A DNA stretch of 64,000 bases, taken from Deltaproteobacteria bacterium HGW-Deltaproteobacteria-12 (GTDB lineage: Bacteria > Desulfobacterota > Syntrophia > Syntrophales > Smithellaceae). A model generated the notes under the pieces. The model did no database searches. It worked only from the letters and a program-made list of their open reading frames with translations, and was not told where the DNA came from. Shown here piece after piece: positions 41,452 through 52,140 of this stretch. The position numbers and the translations under genes are program-made. Position 1 is the first letter of the stretch. The number at the start of each line of letters is the position of its first letter. Location: contig PHBK01000014.1 in the NCBI GenBank assembly GCA_002840565.1, positions 58,503 to 122,502 on the forward strand, written 5' to 3'.

Positions 41452-42810
41452 TTGAAGAAAAGCAAAACAAGCTTCTTCTGTCAGCATTGTGGCTACATGT
41501 CACCCAAATGGCTGGGTAAGTGCCCGTCCTGTAACGGTTGGAATTGCTTTGCCGAAGAATTGGTTGTGGAACCGGATTCATCGAGCCGCGCCGAAATGAA
41601 GTTTGATGCGAAGCCACTGTCTATGGAAGATATTCCGGCTGAGGAAGGCGAGCGGATTGTAACCGGTATCGCAGAGATAGACAGGGTTTTGGGCGGCGGC
41701 ATTGTCGGCGGATCGGCAATCTTGGTCGGAGGAGAGCCCGGCATTGGTAAGTCCACGCTGCTTTTACAGATGATGCATAAACTGGCGGAAAAAGGGCTGA
41801 TGGTTCTTTACGTCTCCGGTGAAGAATCAGCTCAGCAGATTAAGTTGCGCAGTATCCGCATTGGCGCATCGGCCAAAGATTTACTGGTGCTGGTGGAGAT
41901 TTCGCTGGAAAAAATTCTTGAGCACATTAAATCGGTTAATCCCGCCATCGTTGTTGTTGATTCTATCCAAACGGTTTATTCAGCCGATCTGATGTCCGCA
42001 CCGGGCAGTGTCGGCCAGGTGCGTGAAGCGTCATCCCGGTTGATTTTGTTTTCCAAAAAACATGGCATTCCGGTTTTTCTTATCGGACATGTGACTAAAG
42101 ATGGTTCCATTGCCGGCCCCAAAGTATTGGAGCACATGGTTGATACGGTTCTTTATTTTGAGGGTGATTCCGGCCATGCATATCGCATTATCCGCAGCAT
42201 GAAAAACCGTTTTGGGCCTGCCAATGAAATTGGCGTCTTTGAAATGCAGGATAAAGGACTTCGAGAAGTGCCCAATCCATCTGCATTTTTTCTTGCAGAA
42301 CGTCCCCGGGATGTTGCCGGATCTGTTGTCGTGCCCAGCCTGGAAGGGACCAGGCCAATTTTGGTTGAAATTCAGGCCCTGGTAAGCACCACCAACCTGG
42401 GTATGCCCAGACGCACCGCGATTGGTGTTGATCATAACCGGGTTTCACTTTTGGTTGCCGTGCTCGAAAAAATATGCGGTCTGCATTTGAGCGGTTCGGA
42501 TATTTTTATTAATGTTGCCGGGGGGATCAGGGTGGAAGAACCGGCAGTTGATCTGGGAATTGTCGCCGCGATGGCCTCAAGCTTTCTCGATCGGCCGATT
42601 GATTCGCAGACGGTTGTTTTGGGTGAAGTTGGGCTTACCGGTGAAGTGCGGGCAATCTCGCAACTGGAAGTGCGGATCAAGGAGTCGGCCCGGCTAGGTT
42701 TTAAACGGTGTCTGGTGCCCCGGACGAATGCTGTCCAGTTGGCGCAAATAGCAAAAATGGAAATTTGCACCGTTAGTTCCTTAAACGAATTAATGGAAAA
42801 TATTTTCTGA
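41452..42810 (+). CDS. radA: DNA repair protein RadA/Sms
   Basis: C4 zinc finger, GEPGIGKS, KNRFG, Lon-like C-terminal domain. Confidence 0.97.
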   Translation: MKKSKTSFFCQHCGYMSPKWLGKCPSCNGWNCFAEELVVEPDSSSRAEMKFDAKPLSMEDIPAEEGERIVTGIAEIDRVLGGGIVGGSAILVGGEPGIGKSTLLLQMMHKLAEKGLMVLYVSGEESAQQIKLRSIRIGASAKDLLVLVEISLEKILEHIKSVNPAIVVVDSIQTVYSADLMSAPGSVGQVREASSRLILFSKKHGIPVFLIGHVTKDGSIAGPKVLEHMVDTVLYFEGDSGHAYRIIRSMKNRFGPANEIGVFEMQDKGLREVPNPSAFFLAERPRDVAGSVVVPSLEGTRPILVEIQALVSTTNLGMPRRTAIGVDHNRVSLLVAVLEKICGLHLSGSDIFINVAGGIRVEEPAVDLGIVAAMASSFLDRPIDSQTVVLGEVGLTGEVRAISQLEVRIKESARLGFKRCLVPRTNAVQLAQIAKMEICTVSSLNELMENIF

Positions 42811-42850
42811 AATCAGCACTTTAAAAAACAAGAAAATTTTTTAAAAAACC

Positions 42851-42879
42851 TTGACACGGTAAAAAAAGTGCATATTATA
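42851..42879 (+). promoter_or_regulatory. Putative sigma70 promoter of groESL
   Basis: TTGACA followed 16 bp later by TATTAT. Confidence 0.55.
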
Positions 42880-42939
42880 GCGCCGCTTCAAAGCGCCGAT
42901 ATATAAATTCTAAAAAAAGTGGAAAGGAGAGAAAAACGC

Positions 42940-43230
42940 ATGAAAATCAGACCTTTACAGGATAGAGTCATTGTAAAACGTTTGGAAGAAGAACAGAAAA
43001 CCAAAGGGGGAATCATCATTCCGGATACAGCAAAAGAAAAACCAATTGAAGGTAAAATCGTTGCTGTTGGTAGAGGAAAAGTGGCGGATGATGGTAAGTT
43101 GATCAAACTGGATGTAAAAGAAGGCGACAAAATTCTTTTCAGTAAATACGGCGGGACCGAAGTCAAAATCGACGGCCAGGAGTATCTCATCATGAGAGAA
43201 GACGACATCCTAGGCGTTATCGAAAAATAA
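42940..43230 (+). CDS. groES: Co-chaperonin GroES
   Basis: [25 protein letters not shown]. Confidence 0.98.
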   Translation: MKIRPLQDRVIVKRLEEEQKTKGGIIIPDTAKEKPIEGKIVAVGRGKVADDGKLIKLDVKEGDKILFSKYGGTEVKIDGQEYLIMREDDILGVIEK

Positions 43231-43250
43231 TCAATCAAGCAAGAATATAA

Positions 43251-44912
<1,662 letters not shown>

Positions 44913-44964
44913 TTAAGTCTGAAGGTTGTTAGACTGAAGGCTAAGAGGTATTAAATAAACTTAG

Positions 44965-44999
44965 AGCCCCTTGTTCGCGAGAGCAGGGGGCTTTTTATT
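44965..44999 (+). terminator. Rho-independent terminator after groEL
   Basis: AGCCCCTTGTT...AGCAGGGGGCT followed by a T run. Confidence 0.8.
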
Positions 45000-45172
45000 G
45001 TGCTGGTCGGCATCTAAAGGATAAATTATTTTTAGCAGGACTGACATCTGCAGTTTAAAAAAGGTAAAATTTCTGCCGTTGCCTTTACGGATAAAGGGCT
45101 TTATGATACATAATAACGAAATATAAAATCGCAAAAGGCTCCGTTATTAAAAAAGATAAATATTATCGGCCA

Positions 45173-47224
45173 TTGAACAAGAATTATGCCGCAAAAAGGC
45201 ACCGGTCAAAATCATATTCTCCGGCAATGAAGCCGGAAATTGATCCGACGCTCAAAAGTGTCTTGGCCAAAATAGGCAAACCTCATCCCGTTCCTTTTGT
45301 TCCCGATGCTTTTCAAAGAGATGCCCTGGAAGCCATAAAAAAAACAGATTGTCTTGTTATCGCTCCGACCGGTTCCGGCAAAACCTGGATTGCGCGGGAA
45401 GCGATATTGTCAGTGCTGAAACAGGGCGGGAGGAGCTGGTATGCATCACCCCTGAAGGCGCTTTCCAATTCTAAATGGATTGAATTTGGCCTTCATTTCG
45501 AGTCCGGGAATGTGGGCATTATTACCGGTGACACCAAAGAAAATACCGAAGCGCCGATAATTGTCGGCACAACGGAAATATTGCGCAACCAGCTTTACGA
45601 TGCCATGCATCAGGGGACTGACTTGAATTGCGACCTGGTTATTCTCGATGAGGCTCATTTCCTGGGAGACCTGGACCGCGGGGTCGTCTGGGAAGAGGTT
45701 ATGACTTATCTGCCGGTGCGGGTAAACCTTCTTCTTTTATCGGCAACAATCGGCAACGGTGAAGAGATTGCCTCGTGGCTTTCGGCTATTCGCAAGAAGC
45801 TTTGCGTGGTAGTCAAAGAGGAGAAGCGTCCGGTGCCTCTCTATCCTATTTTTCTGCATCCTTCCGGCAGGCTTTTGCCTTTTTTAGAAGGGAAAAAATT
45901 ATCAGCACCTGTTGCTGATTTTTTACAGAAAGACTCCGGCCGGCATTTCGCCCACCGGCGCATGCCCGAATACGGCGGCATCATCAGAATAATGGAAAGA
46001 TTCAGCCTCCTGCCGGCAATATTTTTCTTAAAGTCACGAGCGGAGTGCGATGCAGCTTTAACGGCAAAAGAGTTTTTATCTCCGCTACCTCCATCTGATG
46101 AGTTCAATACTTCATTACAGGAATTGTTGCAGCGTTTTCCTTCACTGCAAAACCACCGGCAATTAAAGGCCTTGCAGTTCTTCGGGATTGCCGCTCATCA
46201 CGGCGGTCAGCTGCCCGCCTGGAAATTGTTAGTTGAAGAAATGATGAACAGGGGGCATTTGCGGGCTATTTTTGCGACATCAACAATAGCCGCAGGAGTG
46301 AACTTTCCGGCACGGACAATTGTGCTTTTCAATTCTGATTTATTTAATGGACATGATTTTCAGCCGATGTCGGCCACTGAATTCCGGCAGATGACGGGAC
46401 GCGCCGGAAGGCGGGGACTAGACAAGATCGGTTTTATGCTTGCTATTAGCGGAAAGTTTATGGATATCGGTCATGTGCGGAGATTATTGTTCAAAGCTCC
46501 GGAAGATATTTTGAGCCAGCTGAAAAATGATTTTGCCATGGTTCTGAATTTGCTGATGTCTCAGAAACCATCCGATATAAAGGAAATATTTGAAAGATCT
46601 CTGGCTGCTTATCAGCAAAATGAGCGCCAACGCAATTCAGCACAGAGAGCCGCCCGAAAGCTCTGGGTTGATTTTTGCCGCCATGTAGATTTTTTAAAGG
46701 CGGAAGGGTTTGTCAGTGATGAAGAAAGTCTTACCGCTGATGGCTTCTGGGCGGCAAGGCTTCGGCTTGATGCTCCCCTGCTCGTTGCTGAATGCTTGCG
46801 GCAACAGTGCTTTCCCGAGCAGAACGAAAGACTTCTGGCAGCGATTGTAGCTCTTTTTGCTTATGATCGCGATACGGAAACGAGCGTCGCAGTGAAAGAC
46901 CTGCCGCCGAAACTCACAGCGGCGCTGAAGAAAACATTGCTGGTCGTCCGGCCGCTCATGCGCAGGCTTAATGCCGCGGGATTTGTTACCGCGAAACTAA
47001 CTCCTGCGGCGGGAATCGCGATGTATTACTGGGCCCAGGGACGCAGCTGGGATAGTGTAATTAAGGCGACAGGATTTGCCGAAGGCGACATGGCGACTTT
47101 AATTTTACGGACAGCCGATAGTTTAAGGCAGATTGCCGCGCTGAAAGATAATTATCCGGAGGTGGCGGGGTGCGCCTTCAAAGCCAGGGAAGGAATACTG
47201 AGAGAACCGGTCCTCTTCCTGTAA
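45173..47224 (+). CDS. Ski2/HelY-like DEAH-box RNA helicase
   Basis: APTGSGKT, PLKALSN, DEAH, LSAT, HHGG, QMTGRAGRRG, DSHCT-like C-terminus. Start codon uncertain. Confidence 0.9.
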   Translation: MNKNYAAKRHRSKSYSPAMKPEIDPTLKSVLAKIGKPHPVPFVPDAFQRDALEAIKKTDCLVIAPTGSGKTWIAREAILSVLKQGGRSWYASPLKALSNSKWIEFGLHFESGNVGIITGDTKENTEAPIIVGTTEILRNQLYDAMHQGTDLNCDLVILDEAHFLGDLDRGVVWEEVMTYLPVRVNLLLLSATIGNGEEIASWLSAIRKKLCVVVKEEKRPVPLYPIFLHPSGRLLPFLEGKKLSAPVADFLQKDSGRHFAHRRMPEYGGIIRIMERFSLLPAIFFLKSRAECDAALTAKEFLSPLPPSDEFNTSLQELLQRFPSLQNHRQLKALQFFGIAAHHGGQLPAWKLLVEEMMNRGHLRAIFATSTIAAGVNFPARTIVLFNSDLFNGHDFQPMSATEFRQMTGRAGRRGLDKIGFMLAISGKFMDIGHVRRLLFKAPEDILSQLKNDFAMVLNLLMSQKPSDIKEIFERSLAAYQQNERQRNSAQRAARKLWVDFCRHVDFLKAEGFVSDEESLTADGFWAARLRLDAPLLVAECLRQQCFPEQNERLLAAIVALFAYDRDTETSVAVKDLPPKLTAALKKTLLVVRPLMRRLNAAGFVTAKLTPAAGIAMYYWAQGRSWDSVIKATGFAEGDMATLILRTADSLRQIAALKDNYPEVAGCAFKAREGILREPVLFL

Positions 47225-47226
47225 TC

Positions 47227-47350
47227 GGGCTGTTGAAAACGACTCATCTACTTTGTTGCGCTTCGGCCTTTCGTCGCTGCGGCGTATGTCAAAATACGTC
47301 TCACTCCGAAGACATCGCGCGCCGCGTATCTGAGCCGTTTTGAACAACCC
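47227..47350. mobile_element. 124-bp MITE-like element
   Basis: Terminal inverted repeats GGGCTGTTGAAAACGACTCA / TGAGCCGTTTTGAACAACCC (17/20 match), internal hairpin, non-coding. Confidence 0.7.
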
Positions 47351-47412
47351 TGCGAAAAAGAAGGTGCATAATCAAATTTGTCATTGCCCCACTGCCTCTG
47401 CATAAAAAAGTT

Positions 47413-47867
47413 GTCATTGCGAGGAGCCAGCAGGGTGACGAAGCAATCTAACTATTGTTGGTTTCGATAAGAGTTATATGAATAGACAATTTTACGTTTA
47501 TATTATGACGAATAAAAATAATTCTGTCCTTTACACGGGAGTTACCAATGAGCTCGTCCGACGAGTTTATGAGCATAAAAATAAATTAGTGGAAGGCTTT
47601 ACTAAGAAATATAATGTGGATAAATTGGTGTTCTACGAGGTGTGTGAAGACATTAATAGTGCCATTGTAAGGGAGAAGCAAATCAAAGGCGGCTCACGGG
47701 GAAAGAAGATCAAGTTAATTGAAGATATGAATAGAGAATGGAATGATTTGTACGAAGCATTATGAGATTATTATGCTCGGTAAGTCTATATAGTCATTGC
47801 AAGCAAAGCGAAGAAATCTTTATGATTTTGAGATTGCCACGCCACCTGAGAGGTGGCTCGCAATGAC
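47413..47867. repeat. GTCATTGCGAG...GCAATC / GAGATTGC...CTCGCAATGAC REP-like palindromes flanking the GIY-YIG gene
   Basis: Left arm at 47413-47449, degenerate right arm overlapping the gene stop (gagattattatgctc), full dimer at 47793-47867, extra GTCATTGC at about 47380. Confidence 0.8.
47478..47765 (+). CDS. Small GIY-YIG nuclease family protein
   Basis: FYVYIMTN..NSVLYTGVTN.L.RRVYEHK, FTKKYNV.KLVFYE, AI.REKQIK. Confidence 0.93.
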   Translation: MNRQFYVYIMTNKNNSVLYTGVTNELVRRVYEHKNKLVEGFTKKYNVDKLVFYEVCEDINSAIVREKQIKGGSRGKKIKLIEDMNREWNDLYEAL

Positions 47868-48073
47868 AAAGAAATAATAAACAATATAGTCGAACCGGGC
47901 AGTGTCAACATGGTCTGAGAAATAGGAATACAGATTGATAACGGTGTTAGATTAAGGTATTAAATAATAAATTGTAATTGGTTGGTTGAGAATATCCTGC
48001 AAAGCTAATGATCGAGTATCCGTAGTCACCGATCCATATAAACTAAGTTATCTTATTTAAATAAAGTAAAAAA

Positions 48074-48882
48074 ATGAATTCATTAACATGCAACGAAAAT
48101 CACGACTCAAAAAAATCAGGACAGGATATTGAGTTTTTATATAAATACTGTTCACTAAACAAGGACAATGCTCAACATAGAGAACGAATATTCACACACA
48201 ATGAACTTTATTTTCGTTCTCCAAGAGTTTTCAACGACCCGTTTGATTCAAAAATTCGTTTGGAATTTGAAGGATCAAAAGATGCTTGGAAGACATATCT
48301 TCTTAAGTTGTACAGAAAAAAACATCCTGACTGGAACAGAGAACAACGACTAGCTGAAATACGGCAAATAATCCGAGAAAGACGTTATGAACGCATACCC
48401 GAAGGACTACTCGATTCGTATCTTGATCAAATAGGTGTTTTTTGCATGTCAGAGGTAAATGATCAAATTCTAATGTGGTCGCATTACAGTGAAAGCCACA
48501 CAGGTTTTTGTCTTGAATTTAGGGCTACATCAACCACACCATTTTTCAGTAGAGCTCAAAAAATTATATATATAGCACGGAATATCCATCAATAAATTTT
48601 TTTAAAAGCTCTCAACATGCTCAGATGGAGGGTACATTATTAACCAAATCCAATTTATGGAGTTATGAGAAAGAGTGGCGCATCATTGAACATATAAAAG
48701 GTGTAGGAAAGTATAGTTTTCCTCCACAACTCCTGACAGGTGTAATAATAGGATGCCAAATGCCAGATGCAAATAAAACAAAAATCATCAATTGGGCTAA
48801 AAACAGAAACCCGAAGCCATTACTATATAAAGCCGAAGTAAAGAAAAGAGAGTTTGGTTTGAAAATTAAACCGATGGAGTGA
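48074..48882 (+). pseudogene. DUF2971 family protein split by a 2-nt slip in a (TA)5 tract
   Basis: LYKY, FNDPFD, LMWSHYSESHTGFCLEF in ORF 48074-48595; LTKSNLWSYEKEWRI in ORF 48625-48882. Removing one TA at 48565-48574 fuses them. Confidence 0.82.
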
Positions 48883-48884
48883 AA

Positions 48885-48936
48885 AGATAAAAAGGGCAAT
48901 GCAGCCGATTGTTGCGCTCCGGCTTATTATTTAGAA
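48885..48936 (+). mobile_element. Degenerate integron attC-like site
   Basis: AGATAAA (one mismatch from AGATAAC, the complement of GTTATCT at 48047) ...AATGCAGCCGA...CGCTCCGGCTTATT...TTTAGAA, directly after the DUF2971 stop. Confidence 0.45.
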
Positions 48937-49015
48937 TCAATCGGGACTATTTAATATATACAGCTTGTAGCGATAAAATTACGAACCACTTTACAAATAA
49001 TATGGATATAGTTTT

Positions 49016-51010
49016 ATGGATAAGTTTAAAATGATAACCGGTTTTGTTCCTGCAGGCGATCAGCCACAGGCGATAGAGGAATTGTCGCGTGGGTTGGCCG
49101 ACGGCAAAGGTCATCAGGTGCTGCTGGGTGTTACGGGGTCAGGAAAAACATTCACGATTGCCAATGTCATTGAACGCGCGCAGCGCCCCGCATTGGTTAT
49201 TGCTCATAATAAAACATTGGCTGCGCAATTGTATGAGGAATTCAAAGGACTCTTTCCCGATAACTCTGTCGAATACTTTGTCAGCTATTACGATTATTAC
49301 CAGCCGGAGGCCTACCTGCCCAGCACGGATACTTTTATTGAAAAGGATTCCGCTATCAATGAAGAAATTGACAAACTGCGCCACGCGGCCACCCATGCGC
49401 TGCTGACCCGCCGCGACGTCATCATTGTTGCCAGCGTCTCCTGCATTTATGGTCTGGGTTCTCCGGACGCCTATCTGGGAATGATCGTGCAGTTGGAAGT
49501 AGGCATGGATGTTCCCCGCGAGGAGATTTTAAAAAAACTGGTGGAGATACAATACGAACGAAACGATATTGATTTTCACCGCGGCACATTCCGCGTGCGC
49601 GGCGACGTGGTGGAAATATTTCCTCCTTACGAAGACGAACAGGCGCTGCGGGTGGAGTTTTTCGGCGACACCATCGAATCCATGACGCTCATTGATCCAC
49701 TGCGCGGCAAGAAGATGGGATCAGTGCAGAAAACCGCTGTTTATCCCGGCAGTCACTATGTGACCACGCGCGATAATCTCCAAAGAGCGACAACTGATAT
49801 CCGCGCGGAACTGGCCCGGACGCTGGCTGAATATAAAGATCAAAACAAGCTGCTGGAGATGCAGCGCCTGGAACAGCGCACCAACTTTGATCTGGAGATG
49901 ATGGAAGAGATGGGCTACTGTCAGGGCATTGAAAATTATTCCCGTCACCTTACCGGACGAAGTCCCGGTGAGCCGCCGCCGACCCTGATGGAATACCTGC
50001 CCAAAGATGCTCTGATTATCATCGATGAGAGTCACGCCACGCTGCCGCAGCTGGGCGGCATGTATCGCGGAGACCGGTCGCGCAAGGAGACCCTTGTAAA
50101 ATACGGTTTCCGCCTGCCTTCCGCTCTGGATAACCGGCCGCTGCGTTTTGAAGAATACGAAGCTCTGGCCAATCAGCGTATCTATATTTCCGCGACGCCT
50201 GCACAATATGAACTGGAAAAGGCGCAGGGCGTCAGGGTTGAGCAAATCATCCGCCCCACGGGATTAATGGACCCGGAAATTGAGATCAAGCCGGCAGTGC
50301 ATCAGGTGGATGATCTGCTTGAAGAAATACGGCAGCGGACTGAACAAAAGGAAAGGGTGCTTGTAACTACCCTGACCAAACGCATGGCGGAAAATTTAAC
50401 TGACTACTACAATAGCCTGGGGATTCGTGTACGCTACCTGCATTCCGATATCCACACACTCGAGCGCGTCAGCATTATCCGCGATTTGCGTCTGGGCGAA
50501 TTTGACGTGCTGGTCGGGGTCAATCTGCTGCGCGAAGGGCTGGACATTCCCGAAGTGTCGCTCGTGGCGATACTCGACGCCGACAAGGAAGGGTTTTTAC
50601 GTTCCGAGCGCTCGCTTATTCAGACGAGCGGCCGCGCCGCGCGCAATGTCGGAGGCAAAGTCATCATGTATGCCGATAAAATCACCAAATCCATTCAGGC
50701 CTGCCTGGACGAAACAAAGCGCCGCCGGGTGATTCAGGCTAAGTTCAATGAAGAAAATAATATCACGCCGGAAACAATTCAAAAGTCGATCAGTAATTTA
50801 CTGGGCTCCATCTATGAAGCCGATTATGTTACAATTCCAGTGGATGCGCGGGGCAGGGCCATTCCGGCTAAAGAAGAAGATTTGCCCGAGCTGATTAAAA
50901 AACTTACAGCGGAAATGAAGCAGGCGGCGAAGAATCTTGAGTTCGAAAAAGCCGCGAGCCTGCGCGATGAGATAAAAGAGTTGAACAAGATTTTGATCGA
51001 GATGTGTTGA
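49016..51010 (+). CDS. uvrB: Excinuclease ABC subunit B
   Basis: [44 protein letters not shown] domain. Confidence 0.98.
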   Translation: MDKFKMITGFVPAGDQPQAIEELSRGLADGKGHQVLLGVTGSGKTFTIANVIERAQRPALVIAHNKTLAAQLYEEFKGLFPDNSVEYFVSYYDYYQPEAYLPSTDTFIEKDSAINEEIDKLRHAATHALLTRRDVIIVASVSCIYGLGSPDAYLGMIVQLEVGMDVPREEILKKLVEIQYERNDIDFHRGTFRVRGDVVEIFPPYEDEQALRVEFFGDTIESMTLIDPLRGKKMGSVQKTAVYPGSHYVTTRDNLQRATTDIRAELARTLAEYKDQNKLLEMQRLEQRTNFDLEMMEEMGYCQGIENYSRHLTGRSPGEPPPTLMEYLPKDALIIIDESHATLPQLGGMYRGDRSRKETLVKYGFRLPSALDNRPLRFEEYEALANQRIYISATPAQYELEKAQGVRVEQIIRPTGLMDPEIEIKPAVHQVDDLLEEIRQRTEQKERVLVTTLTKRMAENLTDYYNSLGIRVRYLHSDIHTLERVSIIRDLRLGEFDVLVGVNLLREGLDIPEVSLVAILDADKEGFLRSERSLIQTSGRAARNVGGKVIMYADKITKSIQACLDETKRRRVIQAKFNEENNITPETIQKSISNLLGSIYEADYVTIPVDARGRAIPAKEEDLPELIKKLTAEMKQAAKNLEFEKAASLRDEIKELNKILIEMC

Positions 51011-51054
51011 TAAGGGAATTCAAACCTTTCCCTACAAGAAGTGAAAGGCGATCT

Positions 51055-52089
51055 ATGAATAAACGTCCGAGAATGAAAGACCGCTACCGCCGCTTTTCCT
51101 TCCTGTCTGATGTCGAGGGAATGAAAAATGCTCTGGGAGAGATGCGGGGCTTGTTTGTGTCCAAACAACCTGTCCTGAACCAGAATGCCCGAAGAATTAA
51201 ACAGCCGAACATACCGGATGAAAAATGGTTTATTCAGACGATCAAACACAAGGTGGCGAACCACCCGGACAATGCCATGGAATACCCTTTTTACGGCGAG
51301 CCGATTTTTGAGGACCCCCTCATCGGTTTTGTCCGGGGCAGCGACCCGATATTTGATCAATTTCAGAAGATCATAGGGCCTCACCACTTTACTCCCCGGG
51401 AAATTATGAAATGGCAGGCGGACAACAACGGAGTAGTGCCGCCGGATGCCGACGATATAAGCGTTGTCTCTTTTGTCATGCCGTTCACGGGCAGAACCAA
51501 ACAGGACAATGCCTCTGCCGGGGACTGGGTTGCCGAGCGCTGGGCACAGGGTCGTCTGCTGGGCGAGATCTTCAGTCAGACCTTTGTGCGGGAAATTGTC
51601 GCCGGGCTGATGGATCAGGGAATACTCGCCGTCTCACCTGATGCAACTCCCATATTCAACAAGAAGCGTTATCCCCGCGTGGGCTGGGCATCGCCCTGGT
51701 CCCATCGGCATATCGCCTATGCTGCAGGCCTGGGCACGTTTGGGATGCATGACTTCCTGATTACGGAGAAAGGCTGTGCACATCGCCTCGGCAGTTTTGT
51801 GGTCAACTTAAAACTGGAACCGAACCGGCAGCGTCCGGCCGACATCCATGCACATTGCCTTCAATATCAGGGCGTTTCGTGCCTGAAATGCGCGCAGCGT
51901 TGTCCGGCCAAGGCTATAAGCAGCGAGAAGGCCCATGACAAGGAGGCCTGCTATGAAAAAGTTGCCGCTTCCCTGAAGTACTGCAACACTAACTATCATA
52001 TCTTCATTTATGGATGCGGCCTTTGTGCGACCGGGGTTCCCTGTGAATCGCATATCCCGGAAGCAACAATCAAAAAATTGCCCGGTTGA
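51055..52089 (+). CDS. Epoxyqueuosine reductase / reductive-dehalogenase-like cobalamin Fe-S protein
   Basis: WSHRHIAYAAGLGTFG...LITEKG, C...CLKCAQRCP, C...CGLC.TGVPC. Confidence 0.75.
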   Translation: MNKRPRMKDRYRRFSFLSDVEGMKNALGEMRGLFVSKQPVLNQNARRIKQPNIPDEKWFIQTIKHKVANHPDNAMEYPFYGEPIFEDPLIGFVRGSDPIFDQFQKIIGPHHFTPREIMKWQADNNGVVPPDADDISVVSFVMPFTGRTKQDNASAGDWVAERWAQGRLLGEIFSQTFVREIVAGLMDQGILAVSPDATPIFNKKRYPRVGWASPWSHRHIAYAAGLGTFGMHDFLITEKGCAHRLGSFVVNLKLEPNRQRPADIHAHCLQYQGVSCLKCAQRCPAKAISSEKAHDKEACYEKVAASLKYCNTNYHIFIYGCGLCATGVPCESHIPEATIKKLPG

Positions 52090-52140
52090 ACAGAGTTTTC
52101 AAATAAATTATAAGTGGAAGAAATAATTGCTGGTTAAAAA

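Noticed and set aside
42811-42900. CIRCE operator upstream of groES
   Set aside because: Half-site-like words (AGCACT, AGTGCA) are present but not in the TTAGCACTC-N9-GAGTGCTAA arrangement.
51012-51034. AGGGAATTCAAACCTTTCCCTAC, resembling a GTAG-type REP
   Set aside because: Single degenerate copy in this window; not enough support.
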